56,400 nt of DNA, taken from a virus. Below the pieces are notes generated by a model. It did not search any database and was not told where the DNA came from. It saw nothing but the letters and a program-made list of their open reading frames with translations. Made by a program: the position numbers and the translations under genes. Within the stretch, counting starts at the first letter, position 1. Every line of letters begins with the position of its first letter. Positions 26,545-34,642 of the stretch are shown piece by piece. The stretch spans positions 1 to 56,400 of IMG/VR virus record IMGVR_UViG_3300028536_000002; one strand, written 5' to 3'.

Positions 26545-26897
26545 GCGTTCCCCCTTCGTGTTCTCGGGAGCGTAACCCCGGCTTGATCAGCCCAGACGTG
26601 AACGATCAGGTCAGTCTCACCGGGTGTGGGGCGCCGGCCGTAGGTCCGGCCGGCCCAGACACCCTGCGCGAGCACCCCGAGCTGCTTGCGCAGGATCGCG
26701 CATTCGGCCAGCGCGGTGCACTCGAACAGGCAGATCGCCCTGGCAGCGGCACGACGATGCAGCCCCGCGTCGTGGGACTCGTGGTCGACGTCGAGATCCC
26801 ACCGCGCCGGGTCGGGGGTGCAGGGCAGCGAGTCGAACGGCCGGCCGGCGTGGTCGAGCAGGGGCGGGCTGATGAAGGACACCGGACGCGGGCTCAT
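26490..26897 (-). CDS. whiB: WhiB-like transcription factor
   Basis: ATG 26897 in an ATGA overlap with the RusA stop. It has four Cys (PCTPDP..ICLFECTALAEC) followed by GVWAGRT, cf. the WhiB G[VI]WGG turn. The Cys spacing is slightly atypical. Confidence 0.6.
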   Translation of the reverse strand: MSPRPVSFISPPLLDHAGRPFDSLPCTPDPARWDLDVDHESHDAGLHRRAAARAICLFECTALAECAILRKQLGVLAQGVWAGRTYGRRPTPGETDLIVHVWADQAGVTLPRTRRGNAWHKGAAHVAARMATSIE

Positions 26898-27733
26898 CGC
26901 GTCTCCAGGGACGTGCGCACCACCAGCCACGTCGCAGGCCCCTTGGCCTTGTCGGGCTCGTGGAGCACCGGCGGCGACCAGGACACGTACCGGGCGTCGT
27001 CCCCGGCGAGCAGACCTACCCACCCGGAGCGGACGTCGGGCTGATGGAACGCGTCGATCATCGGCTTGAGCGTCGCCACCAGGTTGTCGACGTCGCGGAG
27101 CTGGCGGGTCTTGGGCCGGTAGTGCATCTCGATGTGGGCGTGGCGCATCGGCGGAATGTCGGCGTCGCGGAGCGCCTGCCGGGTGAGGGCCTTGACCTTC
27201 TCCACCTTGCTGGCGTGGGCCATGTAGTTGGTGGTGCGGTCGTTCAGCGACAGCAGCGGCTTGCCGTCCTTGAACGGGATCGGCACGCGCCACTCGGCGA
27301 TCAGCTCGCGGGGGTCGGGCTGCCCGGTCAGGTGGGCGAACGCGATCCAGTACGGGCACGGCTCGCCCTGATGCTTCGCTGCGTGCTGCGCGGTGGCGCC
27401 GAGCGCGGCGTGGGGGCACAGCGCCAGCAGCGCGTCGGCTTGCTCGCTCGTGTGCATCAGCGCGGCCTGGACGATCTGCTGCATGGCGATCGGGTAGGGC
27501 TCGGCCGCAGCGTTCATCGCCTCGAATAGGCCAGCCTCGTAGGTGCCGGCCGGGATCGGCTCGCCGTACTTGACCCCGCCACGCACGGCGGGTGGCACCT
27601 CGGGCAGCGAATGCCCCGGGCCGTCGCTCCAGACCACGCCAGCCGGTGCGCACCAGCCGGACGCCATGCGCATCTCCTGCTCGTCCAGGGCGTGCTGGAG
27701 CGCCTTCGGGGGCACCCAGCCCGGGGCGCTCAC
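26894..27733 (-). CDS. rusA: RusA-like Holliday-junction resolvase with N-terminal extension
   Basis: GTG 27733 in a GTGA overlap. The C-terminal half (LSLNDRTTNYMAHASKVEKVK..YRPKTRQLRDVDNLVATLKPMIDAF) matches the RusA D-x-D-N..K...D motif. Confidence 0.65.
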   Translation of the reverse strand: MSAPGWVPPKALQHALDEQEMRMASGWCAPAGVVWSDGPGHSLPEVPPAVRGGVKYGEPIPAGTYEAGLFEAMNAAAEPYPIAMQQIVQAALMHTSEQADALLALCPHAALGATAQHAAKHQGEPCPYWIAFAHLTGQPDPRELIAEWRVPIPFKDGKPLLSLNDRTTNYMAHASKVEKVKALTRQALRDADIPPMRHAHIEMHYRPKTRQLRDVDNLVATLKPMIDAFHQPDVRSGWVGLLAGDDARYVSWSPPVLHEPDKAKGPATWLVVRTSLETR

Positions 27734-28068
27734 TGCGGCACCGCCGTCAGGACGTTCAGCGGGTTCGGGCCTTCGTAGCCCCAGCGGCATGCCTTGCACC
27801 GCACGCCGATCAGCTCGACGGGCTTGGCCTCGTCCAGGTCGCGGTCGGTCCACTCGTCGGTCATCGGGTCGACCTCGGGCACGGTCGCGACGTCGACCTT
27901 GAACACGGCGGCCACCAGACGGTTGACCGTGGCCCGCTCGACGAGGACCAGGTCGTCGCCGGAGTGGCAGTTCGGGCAGCCCAGGGGATGCTCGGCCCCG
28001 GCGTGGCGGACGGTGTGCTCGATGGGCTTCGGGCCGCTTTGCCCGGCGTGTGCGGCTGGCACGGTCAT
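27730..28068 (-). CDS. Zinc-ribbon protein (112 aa)
   Basis: ATG 28068 behind the conserved leader; CPNCH ... CKACRW forms two CxxC pairs. Confidence 0.55.
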   Translation of the reverse strand: MTVPAAHAGQSGPKPIEHTVRHAGAEHPLGCPNCHSGDDLVLVERATVNRLVAAVFKVDVATVPEVDPMTDEWTDRDLDEAKPVELIGVRCKACRWGYEGPNPLNVLTAVPQ

Positions 28069-28137
28069 GGGGCGCCTCCTTGGGTGAGGGTTAACAGGCA
28101 GTATGCGCGGGGTTGATCTTGTCTGGCAATCCCAGAC
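28069..28137 (-). promoter_or_regulatory. Promoter/operator/leader cassette (variant)
   Basis: In - sense: TTGCCA (28129-28124), 18 nt, CATACT (28105-28100), leader CCCTCACCCAAGGAGG, then ATG. The inverted repeat GTCTGG(28121-28126)-N5-CCAGAC(28132-28137) overlaps the -35. Confidence 0.5.
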
Positions 28138-28141
28138 GCCC

Positions 28142-28429
28142 TTACGTCTGTGGGCCGAACGGGCTCGCCGGGCCGAGACGCGACCCGTTCTGGGTGGCCG
28201 GCGGCATCGGCGGAACGTCGCCCGGCTTGGCCAGCGTGATCCCGGTGCGGGCCTGACGCGACAGGTCGGCCAGCTTCTCGCTCACCTGCTGCGCACCCAG
28301 CGGATCGAGGAACGCCACGAAGATCCCCGTCGGGCTGTCGAACCGCACGCACACCATCTTGGAGCCGTCCTCCATCGGGACCAGGTCGGCGGCGTAGGTC
28401 ATCGGCACGGGCATGGGCTGGACAGGCAT
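28142..28429 (-). CDS. Hypothetical protein (95 aa)
   Basis: ATG 28429 in a TGATG overlap; MPVQPMPVPMTYAADLVPMEDGSKMVCVRFDSPTGIFVAF.. Confidence 0.5.
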   Translation of the reverse strand: MPVQPMPVPMTYAADLVPMEDGSKMVCVRFDSPTGIFVAFLDPLGAQQVSEKLADLSRQARTGITLAKPGDVPPMPPATQNGSRLGPASPFGPQT

Positions 28430-28740
28430 CAGCGGTCTCCTTGGTCGGGGTTGAGCAGTTCGTCGGTGAGTGTGGCGGCGTGGCGGCCGGGCCGGTCGTA
28501 GGCGCCGGGTGGCTGGCGTTCGTCGGTGGACCAGTACACGTCGGCGCCTAGGCCCCGTTCGAGCATGTGCAGCCCGTCGTGGCGACGGTGTAGGTCGCAC
28601 CGGCCCCAGTCGTACTGCCCGGTCCGCTTGTCCCGGACCGCGATGCAGCGGCGCCCCTCCAGCAGCCACCCCGACAGCTCCCAGATCAGGATGCCGCCGC
28701 AGATGCCCACCATGAGCAGCGCGAAGTCGACAGCGGTCAC
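28429..28740 (-). CDS. Membrane protein (N-terminal TM), 103 aa
   Basis: GTG 28740 in a GTGA overlap; FALLMVGICGGILIWELSGWLL is a TM helix. Confidence 0.5.
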   Translation of the reverse strand: MTAVDFALLMVGICGGILIWELSGWLLEGRRCIAVRDKRTGQYDWGRCDLHRRHDGLHMLERGLGADVYWSTDERQPPGAYDRPGRHAATLTDELLNPDQGDR

Positions 28741-28913
28741 AGGTCGCGCCGGTCCTTGATGAACTTCACCAGCCCCGGCAGCAGCGCAGCCGCATCGACC
28801 GGGTGCTCATCGAGCCAGCCGAGCAGCCTGTCCAAGGTGACCTGCGGGGCGACCGGGTTGCGCCAGGTCGCGTCCGCGTAGGTCTCCAGCAGTCCCGAGG
28901 GCAGGACGGCCAT
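28737..28913 (-). CDS. Hypothetical protein (58 aa)
   Basis: An ATG at 28913 shares a base with the upstream stop; good codon bias. Confidence 0.45.
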   Translation of the reverse strand: MAVLPSGLLETYADATWRNPVAPQVTLDRLLGWLDEHPVDAAALLPGLVKFIKDRRDL

Positions 28914-29143
28914 TAGCCGAGCTCGGCCGGCGCGTCGAAGATCACGCGGAGCTTCGCCACGACGTCGTCGATCGCCAGGGGCACGTAGATGTGGTCGGGG
29001 CCGCCAGCGACCAGCGCCGCGCCCAGCATGATCACTGTCTGCGGCGGGACGTCCTCGCCGGGCACGGTGGCCACGGACTGCAACGCGAGCACCGCATCGG
29101 GGTTGACCCACACGTTGTCGGTGATCTGCACCAGTGCTGTCAT
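28913..29143 (-). CDS. Hypothetical protein (76 aa)
   Basis: ATG 29143 with GAGAGG upstream; MTALVQITDNVWVNPDAVLALQSV.. Confidence 0.5.
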   Translation of the reverse strand: MTALVQITDNVWVNPDAVLALQSVATVPGEDVPPQTVIMLGAALVAGGPDHIYVPLAIDDVVAKLRVIFDAPAELG

Positions 29144-29148
29144 CGTTC

Positions 29149-29388
29149 TTACCTCTCGATCATCTCTTGTGCCGGCCCTTGGGTCGGGCTGGGCGTTTGT
29201 TGGGTGGCGGGGTCTTCTTGCCGAACATGATCCGCCAGAGCACGGCGGGCGCCGAGACAACCATGAAGAGCAGTTCGGCGACGAGGGCGACCATGGTGGG
29301 TGGGGCCTTTCCGAGGGAGGGTGACGGCGGCCAGGAGCAGCCCGAGGGCGGTGCAGACGGCGCCGGTCCACATCAGCGCCCACGTCAC
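29149..29388 (-). CDS. Track ORF whose 5' third (TM helix) looks coding; the remainder is probably not
   Basis: VTWALMWTGAVCTALGLLLAAVTLPRKG has good codon bias down to about 29295. After that the bias moves to the +1 frame (see 29160..29294). Confidence 0.3.
   Translation of the reverse strand: MTWALMWTGAVCTALGLLLAAVTLPRKGPTHHGRPRRRTALHGCLGARRALADHVRQEDPATQQTPSPTQGPAQEMIER
29160..29294 (-). CDS. Small TM protein with basic tail (44 aa)
   Basis: Not in the track. ATG 29294; MVALVAELLFMVVSAPAVLWRIMFGKKTPPPNKRPARPKGRHKR. This frame carries the codon-3 G/C bias across 29160-29294. Confidence 0.45.
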   Translation of the reverse strand: MVALVAELLFMVVSAPAVLWRIMFGKKTPPPNKRPARPKGRHKR

Positions 29389-29711
29389 GGCGGGGTGCCG
29401 TCTACGGGGTGCTCGGCCGCGTCGAAGCCCTCGCGCAGTCGCCGGTCGGCTGCGTCGAGGTCGGCCTGGATGTTGCCATAGTGGATGCGGCGGTTCGCGC
29501 GGGCCAGCAGCTCGGCGAGCAGCGTCTGCTCCACCCAGCCGGCCAGCGTCAGCCCGTCCTCATCGGCCGCGCGTTCGGCCGCGCTCACGGTCTTCGCGGA
29601 CAGGCGGACAGTGAGCTGTCTCGTGCGGCGCACCAGTAGCCGGCTCGTGCGGTGCGCCCAGTTCAGGCCCACCTTGGCCAGGGCGTTGTCGTCGCTGCGC
29701 TGTTCAGGCAT
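29385..29711 (-). CDS. Ribbon-helix-helix (CopG/Arc-like) DNA-binding protein
   Basis: RQLTVRLSAKTVSAAERAADEDGLTLAGWVEQTLLAELL forms a beta-strand followed by two helices. Confidence 0.6.
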   Translation of the reverse strand: MPEQRSDDNALAKVGLNWAHRTSRLLVRRTRQLTVRLSAKTVSAAERAADEDGLTLAGWVEQTLLAELLARANRRIHYGNIQADLDAADRRLREGFDAAEHPVDGTPP

Positions 29712-29961
29712 CGGTGATCTCCACTCGCTCGGCGGGCAGCGTGATCTCGACCATCACGCGGAAGCTGTAGCACAGACGCTCGGGGTTGCCGTCGAGGCCG
29801 TCCGGGTCGACCAGGGTGGGCTCGCCGGTCTCGAAGTACAGGACGCCGAACCGGTACACGCGGCGCGTGATGCGGCCGGTGAGCCAGTCGGCCCACCGGC
29901 CCTGCATGTGCGGGTAGCCGGCGTGCTGGGCGTCCGCTCGGGCCGCCAGCTCGCCGGGCAT
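29704..29961 (-). CDS. Hypothetical protein (85 aa)
   Basis: Track ORF with an ATG start, overlapping neighbours; good codon bias. Confidence 0.5.
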   Translation of the reverse strand: MPGELAARADAQHAGYPHMQGRWADWLTGRITRRVYRFGVLYFETGEPTLVDPDGLDGNPERLCYSFRVMVEITLPAERVEITDA

Positions 29962-30806
29962 CAGACCAGGACGAGCTTGTGCGGCCGGGTCACCAGCAGC
30001 GGCCCGTCGGGGCCTTTGCCCCAGCGCACCGACACCTCGTCAGGGTTCTCCAGCCCGTCGGGCATCAGCGCCACGACAACGCCGACCTGCGAACCCTCGG
30101 CGCCGTCGGACAGTCGGTGCACCCGGGCCCCGACGGTGAGCACCTGGCCGCGTCCGTCGCGGAGCGTCGCGTCGTGCGTCCGGGTCGGCGTGATGGCGTC
30201 GAGCTGCAACGTGTTCAGGCCCCGTAGGAACGCCGTGGCCACGCGCAGCTCCCGGTCGGCGATGGAGGCCAGCTCCTGTCCGAGCGTGAAGTAGTCGTCC
30301 TCCTCGTCGGCGGTGGCCAGCGGCGGCATCGGCAGCAGCTCGGGCTTGGTCAGGCCCAGCAGCTCGGTGAGCTGGGCGTGGATGCGGCTGGCCTGCTCGA
30401 CGGTGAAGCCGAGCGAGGAGAACCCCGTGCCGACGGTGCGGCCGATGCTGATGCCGCCGTCGGCGTCCCAGTCAGCGTCGACCATGGCCTGCTGCCTGAC
30501 CGGGCTGTGCTTGGACGTGTCGTCAGCGGCCGGCTGAGCGGCGCCCGGGATGGGCCACCCGGTGGCCACCAGCGCGTACTGGCCGTGGAACGACCGGGCG
30601 CCCGAGGGCCACTCGATTAGCAGCGGACTGTCCGGGCGGTCGGCCACGATCCCCACGACGGTGCCGGGGCCTTCCCCGGCCGCTTCCATCGCGGCCGGAT
30701 CGTGGTCGTAGCGGTCGGCGTCCTGGGCGAGCAGGACACGCATGCCGAGCACAGCCGGCTCGACGTTGGCCTCATCAGCGGCGCCGAACACGGGCACGGT
30801 GATCAT
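29961..30806 (-). CDS. Hypothetical protein (281 aa)
   Basis: ATG 30806 (residue 98 of the track ORF) in a TGATG overlap; MITVPVFGAADEANVEPAVLGMRVLLAQD... Confidence 0.55.
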   Translation of the reverse strand: MITVPVFGAADEANVEPAVLGMRVLLAQDADRYDHDPAAMEAAGEGPGTVVGIVADRPDSPLLIEWPSGARSFHGQYALVATGWPIPGAAQPAADDTSKHSPVRQQAMVDADWDADGGISIGRTVGTGFSSLGFTVEQASRIHAQLTELLGLTKPELLPMPPLATADEEDDYFTLGQELASIADRELRVATAFLRGLNTLQLDAITPTRTHDATLRDGRGQVLTVGARVHRLSDGAEGSQVGVVVALMPDGLENPDEVSVRWGKGPDGPLLVTRPHKLVLV

Positions 30807-31111
30807 CAGATGCCGCCCCGACGCCAGCCGAGCGTGTCGCGCGCGCCGACGGACAGGATCAGGCAGGACCACACGAGCGCCAGCGCGGCGCGGGGCAGCC
30901 CGAACGGCCCCTCGATGGTGCGAGCGATGCCGGCGCTGTACGAGTCGGCAGAGGCCACGGCGCACAGCGGGCAGCCTGCTGCGGCGCGTTCGGCTCGGTA
31001 GCCGGCCACCAGGGCGAGGGCGCGGGCCTTCGGGCGGCGGATGCCACGGGTCTGCGTCCAGAGGCGGGTGAACAGGCTCGTGAGGTAGACGAGCCATTGA
31101 CGGCGGTTCAT
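30806..31111 (-). CDS. Hydrophobic/basic small protein (101 aa), first gene of an operon
   Basis: ATG 31111 directly behind the conserved leader CCCCCACCCAAGGAG. Confidence 0.5.
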   Translation of the reverse strand: MNRRQWLVYLTSLFTRLWTQTRGIRRPKARALALVAGYRAERAAAGCPLCAVASADSYSAGIARTIEGPFGLPRAALALVWSCLILSVGARDTLGWRRGGI

Positions 31112-31179
31112 GCGGTACTCCTTGGGTGGGGGTTTGTCTGGTCAGCCAAGACCATACCGGCCCGGCCAGACAGAGTCAG
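31112..31179 (-). promoter_or_regulatory. Promoter/operator/leader cassette
   Basis: In - sense: CTGACT (31179-31174), 17 nt, TATGGT (31156-31151). GTCTTG-N5-CCAGAC (31152-31136) follows, with an extra half-site GTCTGG (31171-31166), then CCCCCACCCAAGGAG and the ATG. Confidence 0.6.
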
Positions 31180-31412
31180 CCCGGCTCGGTGGCCAGGTAG
31201 CAGTGCTGGCAGATCCAGCCCGAGGATTGCCGGCCGGACTTGAGATCGAAGTCGCTGTTCGGGCCGCCGTTGTGCAGATCGAGCAGCCCGAACGGGTCAT
31301 CCCCCCAGCAGCGGTCCTCATCGACGTGGCCGTACAGCACCTCGCCCGGGTCGACCTCGCGGTGACAGCTCTCGCAGGTCTGCCCGGGCGCGGCGTCCAT
31401 CGTGTCGAGCAC
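31176..31412 (-). CDS. Zinc-ribbon protein (78 aa)
   Basis: GTG start; CESCH ... CQHC forms two CxxC pairs. Confidence 0.5.
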   Translation of the reverse strand: MLDTMDAAPGQTCESCHREVDPGEVLYGHVDEDRCWGDDPFGLLDLHNGGPNSDFDLKSGRQSSGWICQHCYLATEPG

Positions 31413-31421
31413 GGTGTGCGG

Positions 31422-31874
31422 CTAGCTCTTGGCCTTGCCGGAGGCCCGCTTGAACGGCACCGTGTTGTCCGGCTCGCTCGCCTCCACCGTCGAGCCGACG
31501 GGGTCGGCCTCGTCCACGATGTCCGCGTCGACCACCTCAGCCTCATCCAGCGAGGTCTGCCCGGTCTGCTCGGCGCGGAGCCGCTCGGTCTCCAGCGCGG
31601 CCTCGTCGATCGACTTGCGGGCCAGCTCCGGGTCGATCGCGGTGATGCCCTGCGTCTCGATCACGTGGATGCGGGTCACCACCCCATCGACGTCCTTGTG
31701 CCCAACCTGCGTCACCCGGCCGTGCAGGACGAAGTACTGATCCGACCCGAGGAACAGGGCCTCCGGGGCGACCTTGAGCGCGGCTGAGAGGCCGTCCCCG
31801 GCCTTGGTGATCTTCACGGTGCTGTTCGCTACCGCGTTTTCCTCGAACAGCGGTAGCTGGTTGGCGTTCTTCAC
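31422..31874 (-). CDS. Hypothetical protein with acidic C-terminal tail (150 aa)
   Basis: GTG 31874 in a GTGA overlap; VKNANQLPLFEENAVANSTVKITKAGDG... Confidence 0.5.
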   Translation of the reverse strand: MKNANQLPLFEENAVANSTVKITKAGDGLSAALKVAPEALFLGSDQYFVLHGRVTQVGHKDVDGVVTRIHVIETQGITAIDPELARKSIDEAALETERLRAEQTGQTSLDEAEVVDADIVDEADPVGSTVEASEPDNTVPFKRASGKAKS

Positions 31875-32125
31875 TCGGGCTCCTTGGGCTCGGGCTGGCT
31901 GGGACACGGGCGGTCGCTCGCTTCCTGTTCTGCCACCTCCGGTGAGGTGATCGGGTTGATGCCGAGAATCCGGGCACGTGCCTCGGCGATGGACACGAGG
32001 GCGTGCGCGGCCTTCACGTTGCCGGCCATCGCCAGCTTGTCCATCTGTCGCCACGCCTCGGCGAGGGTGGCCAGCGCGCGGTTGATCAGCTCACGCTGGG
32101 TGGGGATGTCGTCGGCCTCAGCCAT
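31871..32125 (-). CDS. Hypothetical helical protein (84 aa)
   Basis: Track ORF; good codon bias. Confidence 0.5.
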   Translation of the reverse strand: MAEADDIPTQRELINRALATLAEAWRQMDKLAMAGNVKAAHALVSIAEARARILGINPITSPEVAEQEASDRPCPSQPEPKEPE

Positions 32126-32390
32126 CGGCCGGCGCCGTCGCTAGGCGGTGCAGCGCGGCGTGGAGCACGCCCAGCACCTCAGCCGGGCCGGCAGCGGCCA
32201 GCAGCTCGAAGGACTGCGCGATGTTGTTGCTGACGCAGGGCGGCCCCGACGTGCACGTCTCGTAGTGGGCGCGGAGCAGCTCGACCAGCATGTCGCAGCC
32301 CTCATTGGCGCGTGCCCAGCTCTGGTCCATGTGGGCGTGCTGGCCGGGTGTCAGATCCTTCGGGTTGACGTGGCTGACGAAGTCCGGCAT
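32118..32390 (-). CDS. Hypothetical protein (90 aa)
   Basis: Track ORF; good codon bias. Confidence 0.5.
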   Translation of the reverse strand: MPDFVSHVNPKDLTPGQHAHMDQSWARANEGCDMLVELLRAHYETCTSGPPCVSNNIAQSFELLAAAGPAEVLGVLHAALHRLATAPADG

Positions 32391-32824
32391 CAGGTGCTCC
32401 CGCCATCCGAGATGAACTGCGCCGCGTGGAACGCGTCGAGGATGCTACGGCCGGTCGCCTGCTCCTCGCGGATCTCGTTCAGGATGCGCCCCTCGTGGTG
32501 GCTGCGCACCGTGTGGTCGATCAGCGCCATCCAGGCGTTGCGCGTCAGCGCGTAGACCTGGTCGACGTGGACAGGATTGAAGCCGTCGGCGGCGAGAGTG
32601 ACCTCGTGCACCACCGGCTTGTGGTGGCCGATCCAGTCGCACGGCTCGTACTCGGCGTGGACCTGGAGCTCGGGATTGAGCGTGACCTCGCCCTCGACCG
32701 GGTCGTCCACTGTGCGGGGCGGCGCCACCTCGGCAGTGATCTTCGGCCAGTGCTCGGGCCAGACCATGCTGTTGATGATCTCGACGGCGGTCGCCGGGTG
32801 CATCACCTCCGGGATCGGGCGCAT
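32390..32824 (-). CDS. Hypothetical protein (144 aa)
   Basis: ATG 32824 in a TGATG overlap; MRPIPEVMHPATAVEIINSMVWPEHW... Confidence 0.5.
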   Translation of the reverse strand: MRPIPEVMHPATAVEIINSMVWPEHWPKITAEVAPPRTVDDPVEGEVTLNPELQVHAEYEPCDWIGHHKPVVHEVTLAADGFNPVHVDQVYALTRNAWMALIDHTVRSHHEGRILNEIREEQATGRSILDAFHAAQFISDGGST

Positions 32825-33045
32825 CAGTTCTCCTCCGTTCCGAAGCCGGCCAGCGACGTGACCTCGATCGTCAGCCATGCGGACCGGCCGTCGGCGGCGA
32901 CCTTCGCGCCGAGCAGCTTGCCCTTGGCAGTGGGCACCACGTGCAGCGACGCCAGGATCTGGACGTCCTGGCCGATGTGGTCGGCGTACGCGTCGGGGTG
33001 CAGCACAGTGTCGCCCGGGGCGGGTTGGCGGATGTTGACGCGCAT
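32824..33045 (-). CDS. Hypothetical protein (73 aa)
   Basis: Track ORF; TGATG overlaps at both ends. Confidence 0.5.
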   Translation of the reverse strand: MRVNIRQPAPGDTVLHPDAYADHIGQDVQILASLHVVPTAKGKLLGAKVAADGRSAWLTIEVTSLAGFGTEEN

Positions 33046-33608
33046 CAGCCCCGGCCGCCATCGCTCGGCTTGGGCTGTGGGCGCCCGGCACGGCGCTGGA
33101 GCCGGAGCCGGCCGTGGTCGTCCATGTAGGTCGCAGCGAACGTCAGCATCGCCCGGATCACCTCGGCACGCGTCTGGCCGACCTGCCCGATGCGGCGGTC
33201 AAGCTCGGCGATGCCCGAGCGGGAGATCCGCACTGTGACGTTGACCCGGTCGTCGTCCTTGGGTGGTGACATGGTGCCGACGATAGCCGCTGAGTCTGCA
33301 AGCGCAAGACCGTTGTCAGCGGCGTCGCGCTTGCGCCGGAATTCAGCGCCGGTCATGTGGAGGCCCTCGGCGGCGGCCTCGGCCGGGTGGGCGCCGACCC
33401 AGTCGTGGCAGCGGCGGCACAGCCAGACCTGGAGGTCCACGCGGGCCGCCGAGTCGGCCTGAGAGCGCCGCACGATCTCGTGCAGGTCATCGGCCGCGTT
33501 CCCGCAGATCGCCTGCCGAGCACACGCTGGGTGCCCATGCTCCCGGTCCCGGACGTTGCTGCGGCGACGAGCCAGCGTCCGGGCGCGTTTCGGGGAGACA
33601 GGGCGCAT
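33045..33608 (-). CDS. HNH-type nuclease fused to a C-terminal ribbon-helix-helix domain
   Basis: N-terminus: CARQAICGNAADDLHEIVRRSQ..LCRRCHDW, an HNH beta-beta-alpha-metal pattern. C-terminus: RVNVTVRISRSGIAELDRRIGQVGQTRAEVIRAMLTFA, an RHH. Confidence 0.55.
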   Translation of the reverse strand: MRPVSPKRARTLARRRSNVRDREHGHPACARQAICGNAADDLHEIVRRSQADSAARVDLQVWLCRRCHDWVGAHPAEAAAEGLHMTGAEFRRKRDAADNGLALADSAAIVGTMSPPKDDDRVNVTVRISRSGIAELDRRIGQVGQTRAEVIRAMLTFAATYMDDHGRLRLQRRAGRPQPKPSDGGRG

Positions 33609-33611
33609 CGG

Positions 33612-34157
33612 CTAGCTCGTGGTGAGGCAGTAGACGGTGGCGTGGACGGTGACGAGGTAGGCGCCGGCTTGGTTGAACATGCTGACGGTGTAGGTCGGCG
33701 CCGGATCAGGCGGGTAGGTGTAGGACGTGGGTCCGCCGTTCACCGCTGCGTTGTTGACGTTGGCGGGGTGGCCGTTGACGATTTCGCCGTTGTAGGTGTC
33801 GATGTGCCAGGAGCCGTTGAACGGAGTCTCGTTCGCGGCGCACGACACGGTGACAGGCTGATATTCGGCGGTGGGCGTGAGATACACGGGGGCGCCGTCG
33901 ACCTTGCGGACGCCGGACGGGCCGAAGCTGACACCCGTCTGCGTCCAGTTCAGGCTGGTCTCGCCCGCATTACAGGTCGCGCCGGCCGGGATGACGCGGA
34001 CCGCGCCCGTCCCCAGCCCCAGCAGGAACCCGTTGTAGACGCACGCGTGGATCTGGTCGTTCGGTGTGGTCGCCCGAGCGGTGAGGCCCAGCGTGGCCAT
34101 CGCTCCGAGCATCGCAGCGGACAGGACGAGAGCGCCGTAGCGCAGATGTTTTCTCAT
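33612..34157 (-). CDS. Secreted beta-rich protein with Sec signal peptide (181 aa)
   Basis: ATG 34157 (GTG 34166 is an alternative). The signal is MRKHLRYGALVLSAAMLGAMATLGLTARA/TT. The mature part has 4 Cys. Its G/C looks visibly lower than in the neighbours. Confidence 0.6.
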   Translation of the reverse strand: MRKHLRYGALVLSAAMLGAMATLGLTARATTPNDQIHACVYNGFLLGLGTGAVRVIPAGATCNAGETSLNWTQTGVSFGPSGVRKVDGAPVYLTPTAEYQPVTVSCAANETPFNGSWHIDTYNGEIVNGHPANVNNAAVNGGPTSYTYPPDPAPTYTVSMFNQAGAYLVTVHATVYCLTTS

Positions 34158-34222
34158 GCCTCGCACGGTGCGCCCGGCCGTCCACTCGGGCATTGCGCTC
34201 ACGAGGGCGCGGACCGGGCGGA

Positions 34223-34642
34223 TCACGTTGGGTCGATTCCCTGTGTTGCGGCGACTTGGGCTTGGTAGCTCCGTTCGTCGAGCTGTCCGATGGCGGCTTT
34301 CCAGTGGGGTAGCCGGGTGGCGTACCAGCCGGGGTGGTGGGCGATCCAGGTGAGCTTCAGCTCGGGCGGGCACGTCGGGTGGCCGAATAGGACGTCCATG
34401 GTGGCGTGGCATAGGGCGCATAGCAGGACCAGGTTGTCTGGGGTGGAGGGGCCGCCGTGGGCATGAGCGATGAGATGGGCGCGTTCGGTGTGGGTCCAGG
34501 AGTCGAAGCCGAGCTGGCAGGCGAAGCAGCAGGGCTCGTTGCCACCGAGGTGTACGACGAGCTGTTGGCGCCAGGGGCTGATGTCCAGCCAGTACCGGCG
34601 GATGGCCTCATGCGCCGGTGGGCCGGGGCGGTAGCCCGTCAC
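34223..34642 (-). CDS. HNH endonuclease
   Basis: GTG 34642 in a GTGA overlap; CCFACQ..ERAHLIAHAHGGPSTPDNLVLLCALCH. Confidence 0.7.
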   Translation of the reverse strand: MTGYRPGPPAHEAIRRYWLDISPWRQQLVVHLGGNEPCCFACQLGFDSWTHTERAHLIAHAHGGPSTPDNLVLLCALCHATMDVLFGHPTCPPELKLTWIAHHPGWYATRLPHWKAAIGQLDERSYQAQVAATQGIDPT

